DNA from: Lachnospiraceae bacterium | GTDB lineage: Bacteria > Bacillota > Clostridia > Lachnospirales > Lachnospiraceae | Assembly (NCBI GenBank): GCA_022764465.1 | Contig: JALERL010000060.1 | Location: 36,645-100,644 of the forward strand | Direction of reading: 5' to 3' | Length of the DNA: 64,000 nt | Shown: piece by piece, positions 19,640 to 29,403 of the stretch | Numbering within the stretch: the first letter of the stretch is position 1 | Layout of the letters: every line of letters starts with the position of its first letter | Notes under the pieces: model-generated | Seen by the model: only the letters and a program-made list of their open reading frames with translations | What the model was told of the DNA's origin: nothing | The model's database searches: none | Position numbers and translations under genes: made by a program

Positions 19640-21037
19640 TCAGACATCTGGTTCCTGCTGTCCCTTGTATTTGTGAAAGATCAGGATAAAACATAGCAGA
19701 TGCACCCCAGCGGTCAGTATCCAGGAGATCGGATAAGAAATATACAGACAGGGCAGTGTCCGCTTTGCCGCAAACACCGTGAAGATCCAGATCACACGGA
19801 AGCCACATGCACCTGCCAGTGATACGATCATCGGCAGGATCGACCGTCCCATGCCACGGATGCTGCCGACGAATACATCCATAATGCCACACAGACAGTA
19901 CGTCGTGCTGATCACACTCATACGAAGGATTCCGTAATGGATCACCTCTGCATCCGAAGAATAGATCCGAAGCAGGTAACTGCTTGCAAGATATGCCCCG
20001 TTTCCAAGCACAAGTCCTACCGTTGTAACACAGATCAGACAACAGCCTAAGATCTTGCCGATCCGGTTGTAATATTTTCCACCGAAGTTCTGGCTCGTGA
20101 AGCTGACCGAGGTCTGGTAAAACGCATTCATGGATGTATAGATAAATCCCTCGATATTCGCACCTGCGGTATTTCCTGCCATCGCAATCTCGCCAAACGA
20201 GTTGACGGAGGACTGGATCAGGACATTCGATGCCGCAAAGATCACGCCCTGCATGCCTGCCGGAATACCGATCGTCAGGATACGCTTCAACTTGCTTCCC
20301 GTGATCCGAAGCTTGCGTAAGTCTAACCGTATCATGCCGTCGTACTGCATCAGACACCGCAGGATCAGAGCTGCCGACACACTCTCCGAAATCACGGTTG
20401 CCAGTCCGACCCCCGCAACGCCCATACCAAAGACAATCACAAAGACCAGATTTAAGATCACGTTGATCACACCGGAAACCACCAGATAATAGAGTGGTCT
20501 TTTCGTATCTCCGACTGCCCGGAGGATTGCACTTCCGAAGTTATACACCATCGTTGCCGGCATTCCTGCAAAATAGATCGTCAGATATAACACGGACAGG
20601 TTCAGTACATTCTCCGGTGAATCCATCAGGACTAACATCGGCCTTGACAGAAACACCCCTACTAAGATCAGCAATCCTCCGCTGATCATACTTGTCAGGA
20701 TGGCTGTATGGACAGTCTGCGATACCTCTGTCTGCTTTCCTGCCCCATAGAACTGTGCCACAACAACATTCGTTCCAACCGATAAGCCGATAAACAGATT
20801 GATAAAAAGATTGATCAGCGAAGTCGTCGAACCTACGGCTGCCATCGCATTGCTTCCCGCAAATCTGCCCACAACAATAATATCTGCCGCATTAAACAGC
20901 AGCTGCAAAATTCCGGAAAGCATGACCGGTACCGCAAATACTATGATCTTTCCAAACAACGAACCATGACACATGTCTATCTCATTCGATTTTGTCTTTC
21001 CCGTTCCCATCTCATTCGTCTCTTTTCCTGATTCCAA
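19640..21037 (-). CDS. MATE family efflux transporter
   Basis: LQLLFNAADIIVVGRF, AILRAVGDTKRPL and GVAGVGLAT motifs; start codon uncertain. Confidence 0.92.
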   Translation of the reverse strand: MESGKETNEMGTGKTKSNEIDMCHGSLFGKIIVFAVPVMLSGILQLLFNAADIIVVGRFAGSNAMAAVGSTTSLINLFINLFIGLSVGTNVVVAQFYGAGKQTEVSQTVHTAILTSMISGGLLILVGVFLSRPMLVLMDSPENVLNLSVLYLTIYFAGMPATMVYNFGSAILRAVGDTKRPLYYLVVSGVINVILNLVFVIVFGMGVAGVGLATVISESVSAALILRCLMQYDGMIRLDLRKLRITGSKLKRILTIGIPAGMQGVIFAASNVLIQSSVNSFGEIAMAGNTAGANIEGFIYTSMNAFYQTSVSFTSQNFGGKYYNRIGKILGCCLICVTTVGLVLGNGAYLASSYLLRIYSSDAEVIHYGILRMSVISTTYCLCGIMDVFVGSIRGMGRSILPMIVSLAGACGFRVIWIFTVFAAKRTLPCLYISYPISWILTAGVHLLCFILIFHKYKGQQEPDV

Positions 21038-21057
21038 TTCCGATACGTTTCTTATTC

Positions 21058-22545
21058 TTAGATAAAGTCTTCGATCAGATGACGCATACGTGAGCTTCTT
21101 AGCTTCCGCAATGCCTTCGATTCAATCTGACGGATACGCTCTCTGGTTACATTTAATTCCACGCCGATCTCCTCTAAGGTCTTTGGCTGTCCCGATACCA
21201 GTCCGAAACGTTCAATGATAACCTCGCGTTCCCTGTCACTTAAGATACCAAGCATCTGATCGATATTTTCCCGTAAATGAGCCTGTTCTGCTGACTCCTC
21301 CGGAGAGATCATCTTATCATCTGCAATAAAGTTTGCAAGGGTGGAATCTTCCTCATCACCGATCGTCATATCTAGTGAAGAAGAATCCGATGCATACTGC
21401 ATGATCTCAAGCAGCCGTTCCTCGCTGATCTTTAACTCTTTTGCAAGCTCAGAATGACTCGGCTCTCTTCCCATCTCAAGTGTCATGTTCTTCTGTGTAC
21501 GCGCCACCTTATTGATCTCCTCGACCATATGTACCGGCACACGGATGATCCTTGACTTATCTGCCAGTGATCTGGTAATCGCCTGCTTGATCCACCAGGT
21601 TGCATAGGTACTGACTTTAAAGCCCTTTTCATAATCATATTTTTCAATGCCCTTGATCAGACCAAGATTTCCCTCCTGTATCAGGTCAAGGAAGGTCAGA
21701 CCACGTCCGGTATAACGCTTTGCAATGCTGACAACCAGACGAAGGTTACAGTTTACCAGCTCATCAAAGGCAGCCTTATCACCTTCGTTCTTCCGCTGTG
21801 CAAGCTCCATTTCGCGTTCCTTGGATAAAAGCGGATAACGTCCGATCTCCTTTAAATACAGACGTACCGGATCTTCTGTGCCGACACCGTCTAACCATGC
21901 AGACTCATCCATCTCTTCATCCTGCGAATCATCATAATCATATGATGGTTCACTCTGGCTGCTTCCATGGAAGCCTCCCTCATCCATCAGATCTTCCCTG
22001 CTCTTATCGGAAGTCTCAAAACTGTGCTTTGCATAGATCTGCTCAGAAAAATCGGTATCTAAAAGTCCGGACATGGAAATATCCTTATCCATTAAGATAC
22101 CATCCATATCCGCATCTAATTCATCCTCCGCTTCTGTCATGGCGGAAGCTTCCATATCCTCCTCTTCCATGACTTTCTCACTCTGCATCTGAACCTTCTT
22201 TTGTGTTTTCATTTCTGCCTCTTTTATTCTGGCCTCTTCTATTTTAGCTGTCGCTGCTTTTGGCTGCACTGCTGCCTGAGTCTTTGTTTCCTGCTTCTGA
22301 ACCGGCTGCTTCTTCTCCTGTTCGCCGACGGACTGTGCTTTCTTCGCTTCCGCACCCTTTAAAACCTCGATCTGGCATCCCTTCATATAGGCATGAATCT
22401 GGGCAATCTGTATCTCGGAGAAAGCAACGCCCGGAAAAGCGTCTAAGATCTCCTGTTCCGTCAGTACATTCCCCTTCGTCTTTCCGATTTCCACCAGTTC
22501 ATTCATTTTATTCATAAATATTTTTTCTGCAGACATAATATTCAC
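21058..22545 (-). CDS. RpoD-like sigma-70 factor paralogue with a long low-complexity/acidic N-terminal insert
   Basis: DPVRLYLKEIG (1.2), NLRLVVSIAKRY, DLIQEGNLGL, STYATWWIKQAITR and VTRERIRQIESKALRKLR; no dnaG upstream. Confidence 0.9.
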   Translation of the reverse strand: MNIMSAEKIFMNKMNELVEIGKTKGNVLTEQEILDAFPGVAFSEIQIAQIHAYMKGCQIEVLKGAEAKKAQSVGEQEKKQPVQKQETKTQAAVQPKAATAKIEEARIKEAEMKTQKKVQMQSEKVMEEEDMEASAMTEAEDELDADMDGILMDKDISMSGLLDTDFSEQIYAKHSFETSDKSREDLMDEGGFHGSSQSEPSYDYDDSQDEEMDESAWLDGVGTEDPVRLYLKEIGRYPLLSKEREMELAQRKNEGDKAAFDELVNCNLRLVVSIAKRYTGRGLTFLDLIQEGNLGLIKGIEKYDYEKGFKVSTYATWWIKQAITRSLADKSRIIRVPVHMVEEINKVARTQKNMTLEMGREPSHSELAKELKISEERLLEIMQYASDSSSLDMTIGDEEDSTLANFIADDKMISPEESAEQAHLRENIDQMLGILSDREREVIIERFGLVSGQPKTLEEIGVELNVTRERIRQIESKALRKLRSSRMRHLIEDFI

Positions 22546-22661
22546 CTGTGTTTCTCTTTTGAAATTAACATGCAGAAATCAGTTTATCATAAGCTGTAGG
22601 TTTTTCAATCCATATCCGCAAATTTTTTCAGATTCTTTTTGGAAACTTTAAAAGACAGACA

Positions 22662-22694
22662 GAAAAAGAACCCGGCTTTCGCCAGGTTCCTTTT
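22662..22694 (-). terminator. Terminator next to the left att copy
   Basis: Minus-strand AACCTGGC-GAAA-GCCGGGTT stem followed by CTTTTT. Confidence 0.7.
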
Positions 22695-22865
22695 CTGTTG
22701 ATGTATATACTACTAAGGGGATACCTTCCTTCGCATTTTTCTTAGTTGCTGATTTGATAAAAGCCTTTATTTTCAGCATTCTCTGATTATCTGTCGTTTT
22801 GCTCTAAACTGAAATTTCCAGTCAGATTCCCAGCCTATTTTTCAATAAATCATACCTGTCTTGAC

Positions 22866-23279
22866 TTACTCACATCTTTTTTCAAGATGTTCCTCCACCA
22901 GATGTATGATTTCTTCTGCTGCCTCTATTTGTTCTTCTGTATCACTTTTTACTGCAATATAAAAAACATCATAATCACTGGCATGTCGAATTTCCTGTGC
23001 CTCTGAAATCATTCGACCTATCTTTCTTGGAAACACTTCCGTGCGTACGTAATTCTTATTGAAATATGCTATTGTATCCTTGTGACGCTTAAATGCAACA
23101 TTCTCCAGAGAGAGTACTGCCGCTACTGCATGAAATATCGCATAATAAGCTCTGTTGTTCGCAGCCTTCAAAAGTCCTGCTGAAAAATTTAATTGTGCAG
23201 ATTTCAAATCATCCCTTGCCTGCTGCAACCGCCCTTTTGCCAAATCCTGTACATATCCAGACTCCTTCTCATCAGCCAT
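22866..23279 (-). CDS. HEPN-domain protein (UPF0332-like), toxin partner
   Basis: AANNRAYYAIFHA and R-x-x-x-DY (RHASDY); overlaps the MNT gene. Confidence 0.88.
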   Translation of the reverse strand: MADEKESGYVQDLAKGRLQQARDDLKSAQLNFSAGLLKAANNRAYYAIFHAVAAVLSLENVAFKRHKDTIAYFNKNYVRTEVFPRKIGRMISEAQEIRHASDYDVFYIAVKSDTEEQIEAAEEIIHLVEEHLEKRCE

Positions 23280-23607
23280 TTATCTCAATTCCCTCCTTTG
23301 CCACGTTATTATAAAACGGGTAATTCGGTATCCAGATTTTAAAATGCTCTGCATTCTTTACAATCGGCATAATCTCAGAGTCATATTTCTCATTGATATC
23401 ATAGGTATAATCTCTTACCGCTCTCATATATTGATGTATCATATCATCATCACATTTTACCAATATCATAATATCTATATCGGAATCAAGACGATTATCC
23501 CCCCTCGCATACGACCCATACAAAATCGTTTTCTCATAATCACATCCAAAAATGTTTTTTATTCCATTAACATATTCTCTCAAAATATTAGATATACTTA
23601 CTGGCAT
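23272..23607 (-). CDS. Minimal nucleotidyltransferase (MNT) antitoxin
   Basis: ILYGSYARGD...DSDIDI (GS-x10-DxD). Confidence 0.9.
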   Translation of the reverse strand: MPVSISNILREYVNGIKNIFGCDYEKTILYGSYARGDNRLDSDIDIMILVKCDDDMIHQYMRAVRDYTYDINEKYDSEIMPIVKNAEHFKIWIPNYPFYNNVAKEGIEING

Positions 23608-23743
23608 TCCGCTTCCCCCTTTCTTTTACATTCCTATTTAAATTATAATGTAATCTCTGCAACTATTCAATAGACTTGTTATCAGCTTTCTCTGCCTCAC
23701 AAAAATCTGATATCTTCATACTCTGCTTTCTAATATAGTCTGG

Positions 23744-23830
23744 CTATAACTTCAAATAATGCATTGTCGTCTCAATACTCGTATGTCCGACGTTTGTCTG
23801 CACTACCTCTAATAGCACGCCTCTTATCCA
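23744..23830 (-). pseudogene. C-terminal scrap of a tyrosine recombinase
   Basis: RGVLLEVVQTNVGHTSIETTMHYL matches the box II GH..I.TT..Y motif; the rest of the integrase is missing. Confidence 0.65.
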
Positions 23831-24159
23831 AAATCGATTTGAATCACTTAAGTCCTGATGCACTGTCCTCATACAAAAATATTTTTCACTCGGAATATAA
23901 ATAATATCTGCATTTTGAGAAATAAAACTCTTATGAATAGTCCGTACCTTCTTGAATACAAACTTTAAATGACTGCTTATATGCATAATACATATTGGTT
24001 AATGGCAATGAATACATTTTATATCTCCTATTCCCATCGTCTTTTGTCATATTATAACATACTTTTTTATATGTACTTTCATTAATCTCGTTTGAAATCT
24101 CCCTTATTAAATATAAACCTTGTAAAAAAATCCTCTCAGCTATTGATTTTCCCATATAG

Positions 24160-24260
24160 GCAGCAAAAGACCCAGGCTCCCGCCTGGGTCTTCTGCTGTT
24201 GATGTATATACTACTAAGGGGATTAGATAATTACTAATCTAATCGCAATTAGATTAGCAC
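24160..24260 (-). ncRNA. Candidate amt 3'-UTR-derived sRNA (5' hairpin, UCCCCUU seed, terminator)
   Basis: Hairpin CTAATCTAAT / ATTAGATTAG (24234-24257), single-stranded C-rich core, terminator GACCCAGGC / GCCTGGGTC then TTTT. Confidence 0.45.
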
Positions 24261-24263
24261 ATA

Positions 24264-25460
24264 TTAATGTAATTCTCTTGGAACAAAGTCCGGATAGGAG
24301 GACTCTAATCCATGCTCGGTAGAATCTAATCCTTCGATTTCTTCTTCTCTGGTTGTTCTAAGACCGATGGTCTTCTGTAATACCTTAAAGACGATGAACA
24401 TTGTAATTGCTGTCCAGGAAGCTACACAGACAACACCAAGTGCCTGGATTGCCAGATGATGGATGCCACCACCGTAGAATAAGCCATCCTTATAATCGAA
24501 GAAGCCTACCATAAATGTTCCAAACATACCGCAGACACCATGTACGGATACTGCACCAACCGGATCATCGACTTTTAACTTATCCTCGATAAAGTATACG
24601 GAACAGGTACAAAGAATACCTGCAAGAGCACCAATGATGAATGCTCCGATTGCATTAACATTTGCACATCCTGCGGTAATCGCTACCAGACCTGCCAGAG
24701 ATCCGTTTAACGACATTGAAATATCAGGCTTGCCATTCTTGATCCAGGTAAAGATCATTGCGGAACAGGTTGCTGCTGCTGGTGCGATCGTTGTTGTTGC
24801 AAAAATCTGTGATAACTGTAAGGTATCGGTTGCTGCTGCACCATTGAATCCATACCATCCGAACCAGAGGATGAATACACCGAGTGCACCGACTAACATA
24901 TCATGTCCAAGAATAGGTTTTGATTTTCCGTTTTTGTCATATTTACCAATACGAGGTCCAAGCATTGCTGCACCGATGAAGGCTGTGATACCACCTACCA
25001 TATGGATTGCACAGGAACCTGCAAAGTCTGTAAATCCAAGATCTGTCAGCCAAGGTGTGCCGCCCCAGATCCAGTGTGCCTCAATCGGATATACGACAAG
25101 GCTGATCACAAAGCTGTAAATACAATATGTAATGAATTTGGTACGCTCTGCCATTGCACCGGAAACGATTGTTGCGGCAGTTGCACAGAATACCAGGTTA
25201 AATACGAAGTTTGACCAGTCTGTTGTTGCAAAATCTGCAAATGGGTCAAGACCCCATCCGGCAAATCCGCCATCTCCACACAGCAGGTTATAACCTAACA
25301 GGTAGAATGCAACGGTACCAAGACAAAAGTCCATTAAGTTCTTCATAATGATGTTACCAGTGTTCTTTGCTCTGGTAAATCCGGCTTCTACCATACAGAA
25401 GCCACACTGCATAAAAAATACTAACGCTGTTCCCATAAGGAACCAAACACTCATATCCAT
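24264..25460 (-). CDS. amtB: Ammonium transporter
   Basis: ATIVSGAMAER, DFAGSCAIH, LWFGWYGFN and DDPVGAVSVH motifs. Confidence 0.95.
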   Translation of the reverse strand: MDMSVWFLMGTALVFFMQCGFCMVEAGFTRAKNTGNIIMKNLMDFCLGTVAFYLLGYNLLCGDGGFAGWGLDPFADFATTDWSNFVFNLVFCATAATIVSGAMAERTKFITYCIYSFVISLVVYPIEAHWIWGGTPWLTDLGFTDFAGSCAIHMVGGITAFIGAAMLGPRIGKYDKNGKSKPILGHDMLVGALGVFILWFGWYGFNGAAATDTLQLSQIFATTTIAPAAATCSAMIFTWIKNGKPDISMSLNGSLAGLVAITAGCANVNAIGAFIIGALAGILCTCSVYFIEDKLKVDDPVGAVSVHGVCGMFGTFMVGFFDYKDGLFYGGGIHHLAIQALGVVCVASWTAITMFIVFKVLQKTIGLRTTREEEIEGLDSTEHGLESSYPDFVPRELH

Positions 25461-25480
25461 AATTTATCCTCCTTATACTC

Positions 25481-25560
25481 AACAAAAAAGGAGATAACAC
25501 AGTACGACAGAATTCGTCCTGTAATTATCTCCTTTGATAATCAATTACTCTCATATTCAT
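25481..25560 (-). promoter_or_regulatory. Leader attenuator with an ANTAR-like hexaloop hairpin overlapping the terminator
   Basis: GAATATG...TTATC-AAAGGA-GATAA; AAAGGAGATAA alternatively pairs with TTATCTCCTTT followed by TTTGTT. Confidence 0.7.
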
Positions 25561-25631
25561 TTTTCACTTTCTATAACTATCCTCGTTTGTGGAATCCCGA
25601 CCACATGTCTATACATCAAGCACATTTTACC

Positions 25632-25970
25632 TTATAAGGCTTTTTCTCCATGCTCACCGGTACGGATACGGACAGCATCCTGGACATCATAAACGAAAAT
25701 CTTACCATCACCAAAGTTACCGGTGTTGATCTCATCTACAACCTTGTCAATGACTTCCTCTGCCTTGTCATCTGCGACAACTGTCTCAACCTTGATCTTC
25801 GGCAATAAGGTTACATTGTAAGATGCTCCACGGTAATTCTTAATGATACCCTTCTGATTACCATATCCCATACTGTTTACAATATTCAGTCCATTTACTT
25901 CACATCCCTCAAGAACTCCCTTTAAGTCCTCAAGCTTTTCCGGTTTGATAATAATCTCTAACTTTTTCAT
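25632..25970 (-). CDS. glnB: P-II nitrogen regulator (GlnB/GlnK)
   Basis: IIKPEKL, GYGNQKG...YRG, LLPKIKVE and GDGKIFV...VRIRTGE motifs. Confidence 0.95.
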   Translation of the reverse strand: MKKLEIIIKPEKLEDLKGVLEGCEVNGLNIVNSMGYGNQKGIIKNYRGASYNVTLLPKIKVETVVADDKAEEVIDKVVDEINTGNFGDGKIFVYDVQDAVRIRTGEHGEKAL

Positions 25971-26020
25971 ACTTTACATTACCCTCCTCTTCTTAGCTAT
26001 ACATATATTATATTACCTGA

Positions 26021-26063
26021 CATCCTCCCCTTACAAGTCCATGCTTCTGCCCTTGGGAGGATG
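26021..26063 (-). terminator. Stem-loop between glnN and glnB (stabiliser or weak terminator)
   Basis: CATCCTCCC / GGGAGGATG; no U-tract. Confidence 0.45.
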
Positions 26064-26083
26064 CCATGTGATATCAGATTAAA

Positions 26084-28207
26084 TTATACTTCGAAGATCA
26101 GATCTCCATAAGATGGCATTGGCCAGATATCCTTGTCAACAATCATCTCTAACTTGTCAACCGGTGCTCTTAATGCATCCATAGCTGTCTTTACTTCATC
26201 TCTGTAGAATACAGCCTGAGCTCTTCCTTCTTCCATCGTTCCACCCTTATCGGTAGCTTCGATCAGTTTTGCAAGTGCAACCTTTGTCTCAGAAAGCAGA
26301 TCAGATACCTCTGTTAACAGCTCTGTCTGTACGCTGATGTCTGCATCGCATACTGCCTTAACAGCATTTGCAGAGGTTGCAAGCTCTGTTGTATATTTGA
26401 TAACTGCCGGAATGATCTGTTTTCCTGCAATATCGATCATTGCCTTTGCTTCGATGTTGATCTCCTTTGCGTAGGTCTCGTACTCGATCTCTACACGGGA
26501 ATCAAGCTCTGCCTTGGTGAATACACCGAACTTCTCGAATAAAGCAACTGCTTTTTCTGTATTTAAGGATGGGATTGCATCTACCATAGACTTGATGTTT
26601 GGAAGTCCACGTTTCTCTGCTTCTGCTACCCACTCATCAGAATATCCATTTCCGTTGAAGACGATTCTCTGATGCTCAGTTGCATATTTCTTGATCAGAT
26701 CATGTACAGCCAGATCGAAATCATCTGCCTTCTCAAGAACATCACATGCCTCTGCAAATGCTTCTGCTACGATCGTATTTAATACGATATTCGGCTGTGC
26801 AATAGAATCCTGGGAACCAACCATACGGAACTCAAACTTATTACCGGTAAAGGCAAATGGTGATGTTCTGTTACGGTCTGTTGCATCCTTCATAAAGTCC
26901 GGAAGTGTCTTAACACCTGTCTCTAATCTCTCACCGGATAAGCTGTGTGTTGCTTCACCTGTGCTGATAAGCTGTGTAAGTACATCCTGTAACTGCTCTC
27001 CTAAGTATACGGAAAGGATTGCAGGCGGTGCCTCGTTTGCTCCTAATCTGTGATCGTTTCCGACATCGGCTGCTGACTCACGGAGAAGGTCTGCATGAAC
27101 ATCAACTGCCTTTAAGATACAGGTTAATACCAGTAAGAACTGGATGTTATCATGTGGTGTCTTGCCCGGATCTAATAAGTTGATTCCATCATCGGTTGTG
27201 ATAGACCAGTTGTTGTGCTTACCGGAACCATTTACACCTGCGAATGGCTTCTCATGAAGCAGGCACTGTAAGCCATGACGTCCTGCAACCTTCTTCATCA
27301 TCTCCATTACTAACTGGTTATGGTCAACAGCTACGTTACACTCAGAATAAATCGGTGCTAACTCATGCTGTGCAGGAGCAACCTCGTTATGCTGTGTCTT
27401 TGCAGATACACCAAGCTTCCAGAGTTCTTCATTTAAGTCCTTCATGTAAGCTGCGATTCTCTCACGGATTGTTCCGAAGTAATGGTCATCCATCTCCTGT
27501 CCTTTCGGAGGCATTGCTCCGAATAAGGTACGTCCGGTAAAGATCAGGTCTTTTCTCTGTAAATATTTTTCTCTGTCTACGATGAAGTACTCCTGCTCCG
27601 GTCCGACAGAAGGAGTAACCTTCTTAGATGTTGTATTTCCAAATAATCTTAACAGACGAAGGGACTGCTCATTGATTGCTTCCATCGAACGAAGAAGCGG
27701 TGTCTTCTGGTCAAGTGCTTCACCTGTATAGGAACAGAAAGCAGTTGGAATACAAAGTGTTGCACCTGCTGCATCCTGTCTTACGAATGCCGGTGAAGTA
27801 CAATCCCATGCGGTATATCCTCTTGCTTCGAATGTTGCACGAAGTCCTCCGGACGGGAAGGAAGATGCATCCGGCTCACCCTTGATCAGTTCCTTACCGG
27901 AAAAACTCATCAGGACCTTTCCATTTGACATAGGTGCTGTAATAAAGGAATCATGTTTCTCAGCTGTTACACCGGTCAGTGGCTGGAACCAGTGTGTATA
28001 ATGTGTTGCGCCTTTTTCGATTGCCCACTCCTTCATCTCATGTGCAACAACATCTGCTGTCTCAAGATCTAACTCTTTTCCTTCTTCAATAACTTCTCTT
28101 AATTTTTTGTAAGTCTTCTTTGGTAAACGTTCCATCATAACTGCATCATTAAATACGTTTTCACCAAAAATGTCTGCTACGTTAAAGTATTCGCTCATCT
28201 GATACAT
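26084..28207 (-). CDS. glnA: Glutamine synthetase type III (GlnN-type)
   Basis: 707 aa; [42 protein letters not shown] and [18 protein letters not shown]. Confidence 0.96.
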   Translation of the reverse strand: MYQMSEYFNVADIFGENVFNDAVMMERLPKKTYKKLREVIEEGKELDLETADVVAHEMKEWAIEKGATHYTHWFQPLTGVTAEKHDSFITAPMSNGKVLMSFSGKELIKGEPDASSFPSGGLRATFEARGYTAWDCTSPAFVRQDAAGATLCIPTAFCSYTGEALDQKTPLLRSMEAINEQSLRLLRLFGNTTSKKVTPSVGPEQEYFIVDREKYLQRKDLIFTGRTLFGAMPPKGQEMDDHYFGTIRERIAAYMKDLNEELWKLGVSAKTQHNEVAPAQHELAPIYSECNVAVDHNQLVMEMMKKVAGRHGLQCLLHEKPFAGVNGSGKHNNWSITTDDGINLLDPGKTPHDNIQFLLVLTCILKAVDVHADLLRESAADVGNDHRLGANEAPPAILSVYLGEQLQDVLTQLISTGEATHSLSGERLETGVKTLPDFMKDATDRNRTSPFAFTGNKFEFRMVGSQDSIAQPNIVLNTIVAEAFAEACDVLEKADDFDLAVHDLIKKYATEHQRIVFNGNGYSDEWVAEAEKRGLPNIKSMVDAIPSLNTEKAVALFEKFGVFTKAELDSRVEIEYETYAKEINIEAKAMIDIAGKQIIPAVIKYTTELATSANAVKAVCDADISVQTELLTEVSDLLSETKVALAKLIEATDKGGTMEEGRAQAVFYRDEVKTAMDALRAPVDKLEMIVDKDIWPMPSYGDLIFEV

Positions 28208-28267
28208 CCTTTCTTTTCAGCAACCGGTCCCCCTAGTATGCTTCTCTTTATTTTTCGAAGATTATGT

Positions 28268-28366
28268 AAAAAAAAGGGCATTCCACACCTGTTGGAACAC
28301 CCTTGTTCGTTTTTCACATATTCTTTTTGTTGCTACTAAGATAACTCAAAAAGACTTAAATTGCAA
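28268..28366 (-). promoter_or_regulatory. glnN promoter and leader attenuator with an ANTAR-like hairpin
   Basis: TTGCAA-N17-TATCTT; then GAATATG...GAAC-AAGGGT-GTTC overlapping the terminator AAGGGTGTTCCA / TGGAATGCCCTT plus T-run. Confidence 0.75.
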
Positions 28367-28435
28367 TAGCAAATTTTACTTTTTCTATTTTATACAAAAT
28401 CAGTAACAAAAAGGGAGTATTTTCGTCAATATGTC

Positions 28436-29302
28436 TTATTCTGCTTTTCCAACTGATCCAAATAACTCCATTTTCTCTTTTACAGTAGCTTTGATAGCTT
28501 CTGCACCAGGAGCTAATAACTTACGAGGATCGAATCCTTTACCCTCTAAGTCTTTTCCTGCCTCAATATATTTTCTTGTAGCATCAGCAAATGATAACTG
28601 GCACTCTGTGTTAACGTTGATCTTAGCTACACCAAGAGAGATTGCCTTTTTGATCATATCCTCAGGGATACCTGTACCACCGTGAAGAACTAATGGCATC
28701 TCACCGGTCTTCTGCTGTACAGCGTCTAATGTCTCGAAGCTTAATCCAGCCCAGTTTGCAGGATATTTTCCGTGAATGTTACCGATACCTGCTGCAAGCA
28801 TATCTACGCCAAGATCAGCGATTGCTTTACACTCGTTCGGATCTGCACATTCGCCCATTCCTACAACACCGTCTTCTTCACCACCGATAGAACCAACTTC
28901 TGCCTCGATGGAAAGTCCAAGGTTATGAGCAACTGCTACTAATTCTTTTGTCTTCTCGATGTTCTCTTCGATTGCATAGTGGGAACCATCGAACATGATA
29001 GATGTGAATCCAGCCTTGATACATTTGTAACATCCTTCATAAGTACCATGATCCAGATGTAATGCAACAGGAACTGTAATTCCCAACTCTTCATCCATTG
29101 CCTTAACCATTGCTGCAACGGTCTTAAATCCTGTCATGTACTTTCCAGCACCCTCAGATACACCTAAGATAACCGGGGATCTTAATTCCTCTGCTGTTAA
29201 CAGAACGGATTTTGTCCACTCTAAGTTGTTGATGTTGAACTGGCCTACTGCATAATGTCCGGCTTTTGCTTTCTTTAACATTTCTGCTGCTGATACTAAC
29301 AT
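28436..29302 (-). CDS. fba: Class II fructose-1,6-bisphosphate aldolase
   Basis: GQFNINNLEW, ALHLDHG, GNIHG, LVLHGGTG and KINVNTE motifs. Confidence 0.96.
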   Translation of the reverse strand: MLVSAAEMLKKAKAGHYAVGQFNINNLEWTKSVLLTAEELRSPVILGVSEGAGKYMTGFKTVAAMVKAMDEELGITVPVALHLDHGTYEGCYKCIKAGFTSIMFDGSHYAIEENIEKTKELVAVAHNLGLSIEAEVGSIGGEEDGVVGMGECADPNECKAIADLGVDMLAAGIGNIHGKYPANWAGLSFETLDAVQQKTGEMPLVLHGGTGIPEDMIKKAISLGVAKINVNTECQLSFADATRKYIEAGKDLEGKGFDPRKLLAPGAEAIKATVKEKMELFGSVGKAE

Positions 29303-29403
29303 TTCATTATCCTCCGTTTTTTTAGATTACGTCCCGTCGAACGTCTGTCGCTAGCACGATTATATCATTGTTTTTTGTAAAAATAAAGTTAAAAATATCA
29401 CAA

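Larger units (their letters stand above)
22695..24223. mobile_element. Degenerate integrative island remnant bounded by 28-bp direct repeats
   Basis: CTGTTGATGTATATACTACTAAGGGGAT at 22695-22722 and 24196-24223; visibly AT-rich interior; TA pair and integrase scrap. Confidence 0.8.

Noticed and set aside
23931-24155. 74-aa ORF inside the island
   Set aside because: AT-rich with no recognisable motif; may be debris
29386-29403. Rex-like operator upstream of fba
   Set aside because: About three mismatches to the palindromic consensus in AT-rich DNA
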